Below are positions 36,317 through 44,213 of a stretch of 64,000 nt of DNA, piece by piece. How positions within the stretch are numbered: the stretch's first letter is position 1; the number at the start of each line of letters is the position of its first letter. The translations under genes and the position numbers were made by a program. Origin of the DNA: Dehalococcoidia bacterium (GTDB taxonomy: Bacteria > Chloroflexota > Dehalococcoidia > Lucifugimonadales > Australimonadaceae); the NCBI GenBank assembly GCA_034421335.1, contig DAOUKL010000073.1, forward strand, positions 13,524 through 77,523, given 5' to 3'. A model generated the notes under the pieces. That model was not told the DNA's origin. It saw only the letters and a program-made list of their open reading frames with translations, and did no database searches.

Positions 36317-37351
36317 CTACACGTGCAGCGTGATCGGCGCGAACATCTCCTCGATGTTGGCGCGCTGCTTCGTCAGACCCTGCTCGTGCGAGTAGTCGAT
36401 CAGCGTGTTCAGCATCGCCTCGTTCGCCTTCACCCCGTACGGGTACGGGTCGTCGCCGAAGACCGCGCGCGTCTGCTGCATGTACTCCGGACCGAACACC
36501 AGGTCCGTCGGCATCCGCTGGCGCAGCGTCCGCGTCGCCACGTTCTTCGCCTGCACGAACGCGTTGTACAGGTTGAGCGCCACCCAGGGGTTCTCGCGGT
36601 ACACGTCTCCCCGTATCACGTACGTGTGGTTCGCGGGGATAAACCCGTGCTCCTTGAAGAAGCGGGAGCCCTCCGCGATGCGGTCGGGGAACATCGGCTT
36701 GATCTTGCTCAGGTCGCCCTGGCCGCGGATGCGCCATGACCGGTCGACGAGGTTCGGGCCCTGACCGCCGGGCTCGGCGACTGCCGCGGGATTGACCGAC
36801 GCGATGTCGAGCTTGTTCGCCAGCAGCATCGACGAGAGGCTCTCCTCCGGGGGAATGCGCTGGAAGGAGATGCCCTCCGGCGGCTCGAACCCGGTCGCGC
36901 CTCCGTGGCTCATCTCCTCGGTGCGCTCCATGAACCAGTGCACCTTGTACTGCGACACGCCGTGGTCGTGGTCCATGATGCCGCGCATCCACAGCGCCGC
37001 CGTCTGCTGGTACTCGCCGACGCCGATGCGCTTACCCACCACGTCCGACGGCTTCTCGATGCCCGAGTCCGTGTTGTAGTGCAGGCCCATGTGCATGAAG
37101 CTGCGGTGCGGAAACACCGGGATCGCTATCCAGTCCGCGCCCTGCTCCCGCGAGATGAGGTACGAGGAGATGGAGAGCTCGTGCACCTCGAACTCGTGGA
37201 AGTTGAGATGCCGCCACGCCCCCTCGGACATCCCCCCCTCCGTGTGAATGAGCTCGATCCCCTCAGGCTGGACGCGCCCGTCCATGAGCGGAGCAACCCT
37301 GTCGCTGATCGAAGACATGAAACTGAGCCGGAGTTTCGGCTTGCTGACCAT
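36317..37351 (-). CDS. 4,5-dihydroxyphthalate decarboxylase-like protein (Pht5/PhtD-like, periplasmic-binding-protein fold)
   Basis: KLRLSFMSSISDRVAPLMDGRVQPEGIELIHT...FEVHELSISSYLISREQG.DWIAIPVFPHRSFMHMGLHYN...GKRIGVGEYQQTAALWMRGI matches my recollection of proteins annotated as this decarboxylase. There is no signal peptide. Confidence 0.65.
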   Translation of the reverse strand: MVSKPKLRLSFMSSISDRVAPLMDGRVQPEGIELIHTEGGMSEGAWRHLNFHEFEVHELSISSYLISREQGADWIAIPVFPHRSFMHMGLHYNTDSGIEKPSDVVGKRIGVGEYQQTAALWMRGIMDHDHGVSQYKVHWFMERTEEMSHGGATGFEPPEGISFQRIPPEESLSSMLLANKLDIASVNPAAVAEPGGQGPNLVDRSWRIRGQGDLSKIKPMFPDRIAEGSRFFKEHGFIPANHTYVIRGDVYRENPWVALNLYNAFVQAKNVATRTLRQRMPTDLVFGPEYMQQTRAVFGDDPYPYGVKANEAMLNTLIDYSHEQGLTKQRANIEEMFAPITLHV

Positions 37352-37372
37352 TCCTCTCCTCCTCTCGTGTCA

Positions 37373-37602
37373 AACCCCTCCCCACAGTGTGGGGGAGGGA
37401 ACGCCTCTCCCTCGACGAGACTGTGCACCCCTGCGTCATTCCCGCGAAGGCGGGAATCCATCCGGCCCCCTCCCCCGAAGACGGGGGAGGGCTGGAGTGA
37501 GGGGTTACGCGCGTCAGCGCGCATCCGTCGCCCGCACCTTACCCATCGCCCGTGAAAGCGGGAATCTCGCCTCCCTGTCTCCCCCCGAAGGGCGGAGAGG
37601 GC
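37373..37602. repeat. Mosaic hairpin repeat cluster (F-like,A,C,A,B)
   Basis: cccctccccacagtgtgggggaggg, gtcattcccgcgaaggcgggaatccatcc, ggccccctcccccgaagacgggggagggctggagtgagggg ttacgcgcgtcagcgcgc, cccgtgaaagcgggaatctcgcc. Confidence 0.9.
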
Positions 37603-37608
37603 TGCCGA

Positions 37609-38607
37609 CTACACCCACTCCGCGAAGCCCATGGCGCAGCCGTTGCCCGCTTCCGTCCGGTAGCACGGCACGTAGTCCACCATGTTCATCGTGAGAGGCT
37701 GGCCCGACATCGCCCCCGCGAGCGCGATCCAGTTCTTGATCTCCGACGTCCCCGCCCGGAACCGAACGTCCGGGTAGCCCGTGAGCTTCTCGACGTCGTC
37801 GTGCTTCAGGCCGTCCATGATGCGGTAGTCGAGTTCTTCCTCGATCACCGTGTGGCTCAGCCCGCCGGAGGCGAAGACCGCCACCCGCTTGTCGGAGTCC
37901 CACTCCTCGATGGCGCGGCGCAGCGTCTGGCCGAACCGGTAGCAGCGCGCCGCCGTCGGGACGTTCGGCGGGTAGTAGGTGTTGACGAGCACCGGCACGC
38001 TCGGGATGGGCGAGTTGTTCATCAGCCGCCGGTAGACGTAGTAGAAGGCGTGACCGATGGAGCCGTCGCCGGCGCGCCCCGGCGGCAGCTTGTTCGAGAT
38101 GGCCACGTCGAACTCGTTGGCGATGAACGCCTCGATGAGGTGCTCGCCGAGGGCTCCGTCGGCGGGATGCGTCAGCTTCCCGCTGGGCCGCCGCGCCACG
38201 ACCGGGTCGCTCAGGTCCGCGCGGGCGCCGGCGGGATGCGGCGCATCTTCCACCGCGCCTCCGTAGTAGATGGACAGCGCGGGCATGTTCTCATCGCCGA
38301 ACGATTCCTTCTGGTCGTCGCCGAGAATGACGCAGACGTCCGGCTTGACCTCCGCGACGGTCTGCTCCAGGTGCGCGATGGCGCTCTGGCAGGCGTCCCA
38401 CCGGGCCTGGAACTTCTCGTCCGTGCATTCCCTCTCGAAGTGGTCGCCGGCTCTCAGGTCGGCGAGTTCCTCGAACGAATAGGTAGCGCCGTTGAACCAG
38501 TGGACGGGCTGCGTGCGGCCACGGTCCCCATAGGTGCGCCACGTCTCAGGCGGCATTTCCAACTGCGGGGCATGGGACGACGCCATGCCAAGAACGATCT
38601 CCGCCAT
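37609..38607 (-). CDS. Class III extradiol ring-cleavage dioxygenase (LigB family)
   Basis: Start set at MAEIVLGMASSHAPQL (ATG at 38607, GGAGGAGG Shine-Dalgarno). Also SIGHAFYYV and FASGGLSHT. The track ORF starts 11 codons earlier. Confidence 0.8.
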   Translation of the reverse strand: MAEIVLGMASSHAPQLEMPPETWRTYGDRGRTQPVHWFNGATYSFEELADLRAGDHFERECTDEKFQARWDACQSAIAHLEQTVAEVKPDVCVILGDDQKESFGDENMPALSIYYGGAVEDAPHPAGARADLSDPVVARRPSGKLTHPADGALGEHLIEAFIANEFDVAISNKLPPGRAGDGSIGHAFYYVYRRLMNNSPIPSVPVLVNTYYPPNVPTAARCYRFGQTLRRAIEEWDSDKRVAVFASGGLSHTVIEEELDYRIMDGLKHDDVEKLTGYPDVRFRAGTSEIKNWIALAGAMSGQPLTMNMVDYVPCYRTEAGNGCAMGFAEWV

Positions 38608-38682
38608 AGCCGACCTCCTCCAGCCAGTCCGGTTGGCCATAGTCTACACGAATAGCGCAACCGCCAACCATGAAGAGCGCCC

Positions 38683-38962
38683 TTCCGTCATTCCCGCGAA
38701 GGCGGGAATCCATCCCCTTTCTCCCCCTGAGGGGGAGATGCCCGAAGGGCAGAGAGGGCATCCGGTTCCCTCCCCCGAAGTCGGGGGAGGGCTGGGGTGA
38801 GGGTTTACGCGCGAAGCGCGTCTCCGTCTCCCCCTGAGGGGGAGATGCCCGAAGGGCAGAGAGGGCATCCGGCCCCCTCCCCCGAAGTCGGGGGAGGGCT
38901 GGGGTGAGGGTTTGCGCCCGCTAGGGCGCGCTCCGTTCTCCCCCCTCGGGGCAGCGCGCGCA
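38683..38962. repeat. Mosaic hairpin repeat cluster (A,B,C,B,C,B-like)
   Basis: gtcattcccgcgaaggcgggaatccatcc, then two tandem B-C units (ctccccctgagggggagatgcccgaagggcagagagggcatccgg..cctcccccgaagtcgggggagggctggggtgaggg). Confidence 0.9.
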
Positions 38963-38970
38963 ACCGTCCT

Positions 38971-39438
38971 TCACCACCGCCGACGGCGCGTCGAGCGCCG
39001 CGGGCCGGCCCGGCGGGGACGGTTCAGCGCCGGAAGGTCCGGTGGTTTCGGCGTGGCGTCCGCCTCCGGTTGCGGCGGCGCTTCCTCAGCCTCCGGCTCC
39101 GCCGTATCCGGGGCGGCCTTGGGCCTCGGCGGATGGTGGAACATCACGGCCAGCAGCACCGTTATCGGGTGCAGGAAGATCATTAGCAGGGCTATCTGCG
39201 CGATGGCCATGACGACAACGCCGGCCGTCCACCGGATGATCGACATCCTCTTCCAGCGCGCTATGAGCGGCACGAAGGCGACCGGCCCGAAGAGCGCCGC
39301 CACGAACACCGGCTGGTCGAGTGGCGTGCCGCCGAACACCAGCAGAAACCCCACCAGCAGGGCGATGCCGGCCATGAACGCCAGCGGCCACGCCGCAAGC
39401 GCGGGCATATTGAACAGGAATGGCAGCCGCACGCCCAT
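38971..39438 (-). CDS. Hypothetical membrane protein (4 predicted TM) with a Pro/Ala/Glu-rich basic tail
   Basis: 155 aa. Hydrophobic segments LAAWPLAFMAGIALLVGFLLVF, VFVAALFGPVAFVPLI, VVVMAIAQIALLMIFL. It begins 3 nt downstream of the amidase gene. Confidence 0.5.
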   Translation of the reverse strand: MGVRLPFLFNMPALAAWPLAFMAGIALLVGFLLVFGGTPLDQPVFVAALFGPVAFVPLIARWKRMSIIRWTAGVVVMAIAQIALLMIFLHPITVLLAVMFHHPPRPKAAPDTAEPEAEEAPPQPEADATPKPPDLPALNRPRRAGPRRSTRRRRW

Positions 39439-39441
39439 GGC

Positions 39442-40833
39442 TCACTCAAGCGGCGGGCGCCGCTCGTGCCAGTCCGTGCGCCGCTGGTAGACGTCGCCCA
39501 CGGCGAACAGCGTGTTCTCGGCGAACGGACGCCCCGCGACCTGCAGGCTCAGCGGCAGTCCGGCGGCGGTGAAGCCTATCGGCAGCGCCATCGCCGGAAC
39601 GCCCGACAGGTTGAACGGGCTGCGGTGCGAGCGCAACCCGAAGAACTGGCTCATCACCGCCTGCTTCGACGTCAGGCCCGTCTCGGTGGCGATAGGAGGC
39701 GCCCCAGCCGCCTGCGCCGGCGTAACTATCACGTCGTACCGGGCGAGCTGCCCCATCACATCGCGCCGCATCAGCGTGCGGAACCGCGCCAGTTTCGCGT
39801 ACGCCGTCGCGGGGATGAGGCTCGCCGCCATCAGCCGGCGCCGTGTCGCGAAGTCGTAGTCCTTCGGACGCTCGCGCAGCCACTTCCGGTGCGTGTGCGC
39901 CGCCTCGACGTCCGACAGCGTGTTGGCGATGAGGCCGCCCTTCTCGAAGAGCGGCAGGCTGGCGTCGCCTACCTCCGCGCCGGAGTCCGCCAGCACGCGC
40001 ATCGCGGCGTCCACCGCCGAGGCCGCCTCGTCGCTCGCCATGCCGTTGCCGATGCTCTCGCGCACGACGCCGACCCGCAGCCCGCGCAGGTCGTCGCGCG
40101 GGACGAACGGCGCGACGGGGCGCGACGAGGTGTACGGGTCCTTCGGGTCATGGCCGGCGATGGCCTCGTACACCATCGCCGCGTCGGCGACCGTCTTGGT
40201 CATGGGGCCTATCGTGTCCATGAACCACGCCATGGGGAACGCGCCGTAGCGGCTCACCGCGCCCCACGTGGGACGCAGCCCCACGATGCCGCACCACCCC
40301 GCAGGGCCGCGGATCGACCCCGCCGTGTCGCCCCCCAGCGACGCCGCGCAGAGCGACGCCGCCACCGCCACGCCAGAGCCGCTGCTCGACTGCCCCGCCT
40401 GGCGCGACTCGTCCCACGGGTTGTGGGGAACGCCGAAGGGGTGCTGAACGTTGCCGCCGAGCGCATACTCGCTGAGGTTGAGCTTGCCGAGCAGCACGGC
40501 GCCCGCTGCGCGCAGCCGGGCGACAGCGGTGGAGTCCTCCCCGGCGACGTAGTCGACGATGTTGCCGCCGAGCGTCGTCCGCATCCCCCTGGCGTCGAAC
40601 TGGTCTTTCACCGCGACCGGCAGCCCATGGAGCGGTCCTCGCGCCGGTTCCTCCTCTGCGCTGCGCGCCGCCTCCAGCGCGCCCTCCTCGTCGAGCGTGA
40701 TGTAGGCGTTCAACCGCTCGAACCGCCTGGCGCGGTCGATGAACGCCTTTGTCAGCTCCACCGGCGACGTGGCGCGGGCGGCGAGCAGGGCGCTGAGCTC
40801 GGTTGCGGACTTGAGCGTCAGGTCACCGGCCAC
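39442..40833 (-). CDS. Amidase-signature family amidase (GatA/AtzE-like)
   Basis: Amidase signature GQSSSGSGVAVAASLCAASLGGDTAGSIRGPA; 463 aa. Confidence 0.9.
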   Translation of the reverse strand: MAGDLTLKSATELSALLAARATSPVELTKAFIDRARRFERLNAYITLDEEGALEAARSAEEEPARGPLHGLPVAVKDQFDARGMRTTLGGNIVDYVAGEDSTAVARLRAAGAVLLGKLNLSEYALGGNVQHPFGVPHNPWDESRQAGQSSSGSGVAVAASLCAASLGGDTAGSIRGPAGWCGIVGLRPTWGAVSRYGAFPMAWFMDTIGPMTKTVADAAMVYEAIAGHDPKDPYTSSRPVAPFVPRDDLRGLRVGVVRESIGNGMASDEAASAVDAAMRVLADSGAEVGDASLPLFEKGGLIANTLSDVEAAHTHRKWLRERPKDYDFATRRRLMAASLIPATAYAKLARFRTLMRRDVMGQLARYDVIVTPAQAAGAPPIATETGLTSKQAVMSQFFGLRSHRSPFNLSGVPAMALPIGFTAAGLPLSLQVAGRPFAENTLFAVGDVYQRRTDWHERRPPLE

Positions 40834-41041
40834 CGCCGCCCCCTTCCTCCGGCGCCTCGGCGGTCAGCCAGAACACCGGCAGCGGCTCCACGGCGTCAGC
40901 GTCGGAGTCTTCGAGCGCGGCGACGGCCTCGTTGATGGCGTTTACCCGGTGCGTGATCTCGTCGAGGTCGACGTCGTCGAGCGGCTCCATATCGAGCGCC
41001 CGCAGCAGCGAGCGCACCTCGTCGGTGGTCATATCGGGCAT
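40823..41041 (-). CDS. Small GatC/AtzG-like protein, putative amidase partner
   Basis: About 72 aa: MPDMTTDEVRSLLRALDMEPLDDVDLDEITHRVNAINEAVAALEDSDADAVEPLPVF resembles GatC-type helical peptides. It overlaps the amidase start by 11 nt. AAGGAGG Shine-Dalgarno upstream. Confidence 0.5.
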   Translation of the reverse strand: MPDMTTDEVRSLLRALDMEPLDDVDLDEITHRVNAINEAVAALEDSDADAVEPLPVFWLTAEAPEEGGGGGR

Positions 41042-41083
41042 GGCCCGCAGCCCTCCTTGGCGAATCTCGCGGCGCATTGTACG

Positions 41084-41135
41084 CGTTCCCGTCTCCCCCC
41101 GTGGGGGAGATGCCCCAAAGGGCAGAGAGGGCCGC
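41084..41135. repeat. Single module-B hairpin repeat
   Basis: gtctccccccgtgggggagatgccccaaagggcagagagggcc. Confidence 0.85.
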
Positions 41136-41136
41136 C

Positions 41137-41997
41137 CTACCGCAGGGCGTAGCGTCCGTCGCCGTCTTCCGCTACGGCCTCGTCGTCCGCAAGCTTGAGG
41201 AGCGTGGTGACTATCTGCCGCTCGGCCAGCGGCTCGCGCGACTGCGGAAGGTTGACGTAGATGCGGGCGCGCAGTTCGGCGGGCGTGAGCGGCCCGCCCG
41301 CGAGCTCCTTCAGCACCGCCGCCTCGCGCTCATGCCGGTGGGTGATGAGCGCGTCGAGACGCTTGGCCGGGTCGCGCACGGGCTCGCCGTGACCGGGGTA
41401 CATAACCCGCGCCCCGACCTCCTTGAACAGGTCGAGCGTGCGCATGTACTGCGACAGGCTGCCGTCGCGCGGGTTGATGGCGGTCGTCGAGACCCCCATC
41501 ACCGTGTCCGACGTGAACAGCGCGCCGCGCTCGGGGACGTACAGCGCAAGGCTGCCGAGCGTGTGGCCGGGGGCATGCAGCGCCTCGACAGCGAGGCCCC
41601 CGAGGTCGCGCCGTTCCCCGCCCCGCAGTTCGACGGCGATCTCGGCCTCGCCGTGGAGCCGGTCGCGCTCGATGGTTTCGCGGTCGTTGGGGTGGCAGGC
41701 GAGGGGAGCGCCGGTGTGGCGGTGCATGTGGAGCGCGCCCCCGCCGTGGTCGGGGTGCCGGTGGGTGATGATGATCTCCGCGACGGGCGGAGCGTTGACC
41801 TCGCGCAGGTAATCGACGCGCGCCCGGTGGTCGTCCTCGTTCTCCCAGCCGCTGTCGATGAGCACGGAGGCGTCGGCGCCGAACACCAGGAACGCATTGG
41901 GCGCGGGGAACCCGGGCAACGGGTCGCGGCCAAACGTTAGCTGGTGAATGCCGGGCTCGAGTTCCATGCGCGCTCCAAGGGAGAGGATTCGGTGCAT
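41137..41997 (-). CDS. MBL-fold metallo-hydrolase
   Basis: IITHRHPDHGGG (HxHxDH) and later HAPGHT; 286 aa. Confidence 0.85.
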   Translation of the reverse strand: MHRILSLGARMELEPGIHQLTFGRDPLPGFPAPNAFLVFGADASVLIDSGWENEDDHRARVDYLREVNAPPVAEIIITHRHPDHGGGALHMHRHTGAPLACHPNDRETIERDRLHGEAEIAVELRGGERRDLGGLAVEALHAPGHTLGSLALYVPERGALFTSDTVMGVSTTAINPRDGSLSQYMRTLDLFKEVGARVMYPGHGEPVRDPAKRLDALITHRHEREAAVLKELAGGPLTPAELRARIYVNLPQSREPLAERQIVTTLLKLADDEAVAEDGDGRYALR

Positions 41998-42002
41998 TGT
42001 AC

Positions 42003-42115
42003 CCCTCCCCCCGAGGGGAAGATGCCCCGAAGGGGCAGAGAGGGCGGATTGGCCCCCTCCCCCGAAGTCGGGGGAGGGCTGGGGTGAGGGTTGCGCGCGT
42101 CAGCACGCTCTCCGG
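42003..42115. repeat. Hairpin repeat cluster (B,C)
   Basis: cccctccccccgaggggaagatgccccgaaggggcagagagggcg, ggccccctcccccgaagtcgggggagggctggggtgagggttgcgcgcgtcagc. Confidence 0.9.
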
Positions 42116-42157
42116 ATCGCGCCTGCGGCGCGTCACCCCACCATCCCTCCGGGGCTG

Positions 42158-42208
42158 CCCCCCACACCTGTGTGTGGGGGGGGGGGGGGGGGCGCAGGCC
42201 CCCCCCCC
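42158..42208. other. Homopolymer/hairpin region: CCCCCCACAC..GTGTGGGGGG hairpin running into G17, then C10
   Basis: G run at 42176-42192 (17 nt) and C run at 42199-42208 (10 nt), counted directly. Confidence 0.8.
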
Positions 42209-42315
42209 TTGCAGGCCTCGTCATCCTTGTGCCATAATACTGACATACCCCCAACACAACGCCACTACCGCGCGCGGATGAGCCGCCGGAGCCACCAGAG
42301 GCCCGGCGGCTCTTT

Positions 42316-42358
42316 CTATTCCCCCTCCCCCCGAGGGGGAGGGCCGGGGAGAGGGCAG
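42316..42358. repeat. Hairpin repeat module directly upstream of the terminase-like gene
   Basis: ccccctccccccgagggggagggccggggagagggcag. The same unit recurs at about 44005-44040. Confidence 0.8.
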
Positions 42359-42372
42359 AAAGGAGGACCGCC

Positions 42373-43896
42373 ATCGAACTCGAACGCTACCGCAACGACC
42401 CCCTCGGCTTCGTCCGCGATGTCCTCCACGAAGCAGGCGCCCCCTACCCCAAGCAGGAGGAGATGCTCATGGCCCTCGCCGCCGACAAGCGCAGAGTCTC
42501 CGTCGTCGGTTGCAACTCCTCCGGCAAGGACTGGGCCGCCGCACGCGCCATCATCTGGTGGATCGAGACACGACCCCAGGCCAAGGTCATCGTCTCCGGC
42601 CCCACCCTCCGGCAGGTGAAGGAGATCGTCTGGGACGAGCTCCGAGCAGCCCACGCAGCCTGCGGTCACCGCCTCGCCGGCGTCGTCCGCGCGGGCGAGT
42701 ACCGCGCTGGACCCGACCGCGTCGCGCTCTGCCTCACCTCCAACAACCAGCACAACCTGCAGGGCTTCCACTCCCCCGAGTTGCTCGTCGTCATCACCGA
42801 GGCGCAGGGCGTCAAGCAGGCGTACTTCGAGGCCCTCAAGCGCCTCAACCCCAAGAAGATGCTGCTGCTCGGCAACCCCCTCGCGCTCACCGGCGAGTTC
42901 TACGACTCCCATCACGGCAAGAGTCCGCTCTATGAGCGCGTCGAAATCTCCGCCTACGATTCCCCCAACGTTCAGCAGGGGCGCCTCGACGCCCTTCCCG
43001 GCCTCGTCACTCCCGAGGACGTCGACGAACGCCGCCGCGAGTGGGGCGAGGACTCCCCCCTCTACATCGCGTCCATCCTCGGACAGTTTCCGCCATCCCT
43101 CGAAGACTCCCTCACCTCCCGCGTCCACGTCGACGCCGCCGTCCAGCACTGGCTGCGCGAAACCCCGCCCGAAGCGGCGGGGGGCCTCCGTCATTCCCGC
43201 GCATCCTCCCGTCATTCCCGCGAAAGCGGGAATCTCGCAGCCTTCGCGGACGGGGGCGAGGTTCCTGCTTCCGCAGGAACGACGGAACCCGGCCGCACGT
43301 CTCCCGTCATTCCCGCGCAGGCGGGAATCCACTCTCCCCCGCTGGGGGAGATGCCCGAAGGGCAGAGAGGGCCCTGGCGCATGGGCGTCGACGTCGCGCG
43401 CTACGGCGCCGACAAGTCGATTATCTGCCTGCGACGCGGCCACCGAGTCGAACGGCTCATCGCCTTCGAGAAGATGGACACCATGCGGCTCGCCGGCGAG
43501 GTCCGCGACATCGCCGAGGCCCTCGGTGTCCCGGCGGTGTTCGTCGACGAGACCGGCGTCGGCGGTGGGGTGGTCGACCGCCTGAAGGACTTGTGCGTCC
43601 CCGTCATCGGCGTCGAGGCAGGCGGCAGGGCCTACCGCCCCTCCCAGTTCGCCGACCTGCACGCCGAGACGTACTGGGAGGTCGCGCGGCGTCTGCGCGA
43701 GGGCGACATCTCCCTCCCGCCCGACGACGAGCTCGCGGGGCAGCTGCTCGCGCAGCGCTACGAGGTCTCCACCACGGGGCGCATCCACCTCGACAGCAAG
43801 GCCAAACTGCGGAGGAAGGGCGTCGCTTCCCCCGACCGCGCCGACGCCCTCGCCCTCGCCTTCATGGAGCCCCCCTCCATGCAGATATGGTTCTAG
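42373..43896 (+). CDS. Phage terminase large subunit-like protein (ATPase + RNase H-like nuclease), orphan, with a repeat-derived insertion
   Basis: Walker A VVGCNSSGKD and Walker B-like LLVVITEAQG. Nuclease half MGVDVARYGADKS...VFVDETGVGGGVVD...SPDRADALALAF. The track ORF starts at ATG 42463, but the conserved N-terminus (IELERYRNDPLGFVRDVL..PKQEEML) continues upstream in frame to an ATC at 42373, 6 nt after AAGGAGG. Confidence 0.7.
   Translation: MELERYRNDPLGFVRDVLHEAGAPYPKQEEMLMALAADKRRVSVVGCNSSGKDWAAARAIIWWIETRPQAKVIVSGPTLRQVKEIVWDELRAAHAACGHRLAGVVRAGEYRAGPDRVALCLTSNNQHNLQGFHSPELLVVITEAQGVKQAYFEALKRLNPKKMLLLGNPLALTGEFYDSHHGKSPLYERVEISAYDSPNVQQGRLDALPGLVTPEDVDERRREWGEDSPLYIASILGQFPPSLEDSLTSRVHVDAAVQHWLRETPPEAAGGLRHSRASSRHSRESGNLAAFADGGEVPASAGTTEPGRTSPVIPAQAGIHSPPLGEMPEGQRGPWRMGVDVARYGADKSIICLRRGHRVERLIAFEKMDTMRLAGEVRDIAEALGVPAVFVDETGVGGGVVDRLKDLCVPVIGVEAGGRAYRPSQFADLHAETYWEVARRLREGDISLPPDDELAGQLLAQRYEVSTTGRIHLDSKAKLRRKGVASPDRADALALAFMEPPSMQIWF
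43160..43375. repeat. Hairpin repeat modules (A,A,inverted A,A,B) lying inside the terminase-like ORF
   Basis: ccgtcattcccgcgc, ccgtcattcccgcgaaagcgggaatctcgc, ggttcctgcttccgcaggaacgacgg, ccgtcattcccgcgcaggcgggaatccac, tctcccccgctgggggagatgcccgaagggcagagagggcc. Confidence 0.9.
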
Positions 43897-43911
43897 GCCA
43901 TGCAGGCCAGT

Positions 43912-44150
43912 CCCACCCTCCCCACAAGAGGGGGGGAGGGTCGAGCGAAGCGAGGGGAGAGGTCCGGAGGAGGTCGGGGGAGACTTTTCCGGCCCCCTCC
44001 CCCCGAGGGGGAGGGCCGGGGAGAGGGCAGAGGAGGTCGGGGGAGAGAATCGCAGTTGCAGGCGGCGCGCTTCGCCCTCTCTGCCCTTCGGGCATCTCCC
44101 CCTCAGGGGGAGAAATCGGAAGCCCCGACTTCGGGGGCGGGGGGAGGGGA
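43912..44150. repeat. Mosaic hairpin repeat cluster (F, B/C variants in both orientations)
   Basis: cccaccctccccacaagagggggggagggtcgagcgaagcgaggggagaggtccgg, ccctccccccgagggggagggccggggagagggcag, ccctctctgcccttcgggcatctccccctcagggggaga (inverted B). Confidence 0.9.
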
Positions 44151-44213
44151 CCGGACGCCGCTCAGCGAGCCGGATGCGCTATCCTGCTAGTCCACCCCTG
44201 CAAGGAGTTTCCA

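Noticed and set aside
41998-44213. A prophage or integrated element around the terminase-like gene
   Set aside because: There are no integrase, portal, capsid, tail or tRNA att-site features on either side. The flanking DNA is ordinary repeat clusters and housekeeping genes. I treated it as an orphan gene.
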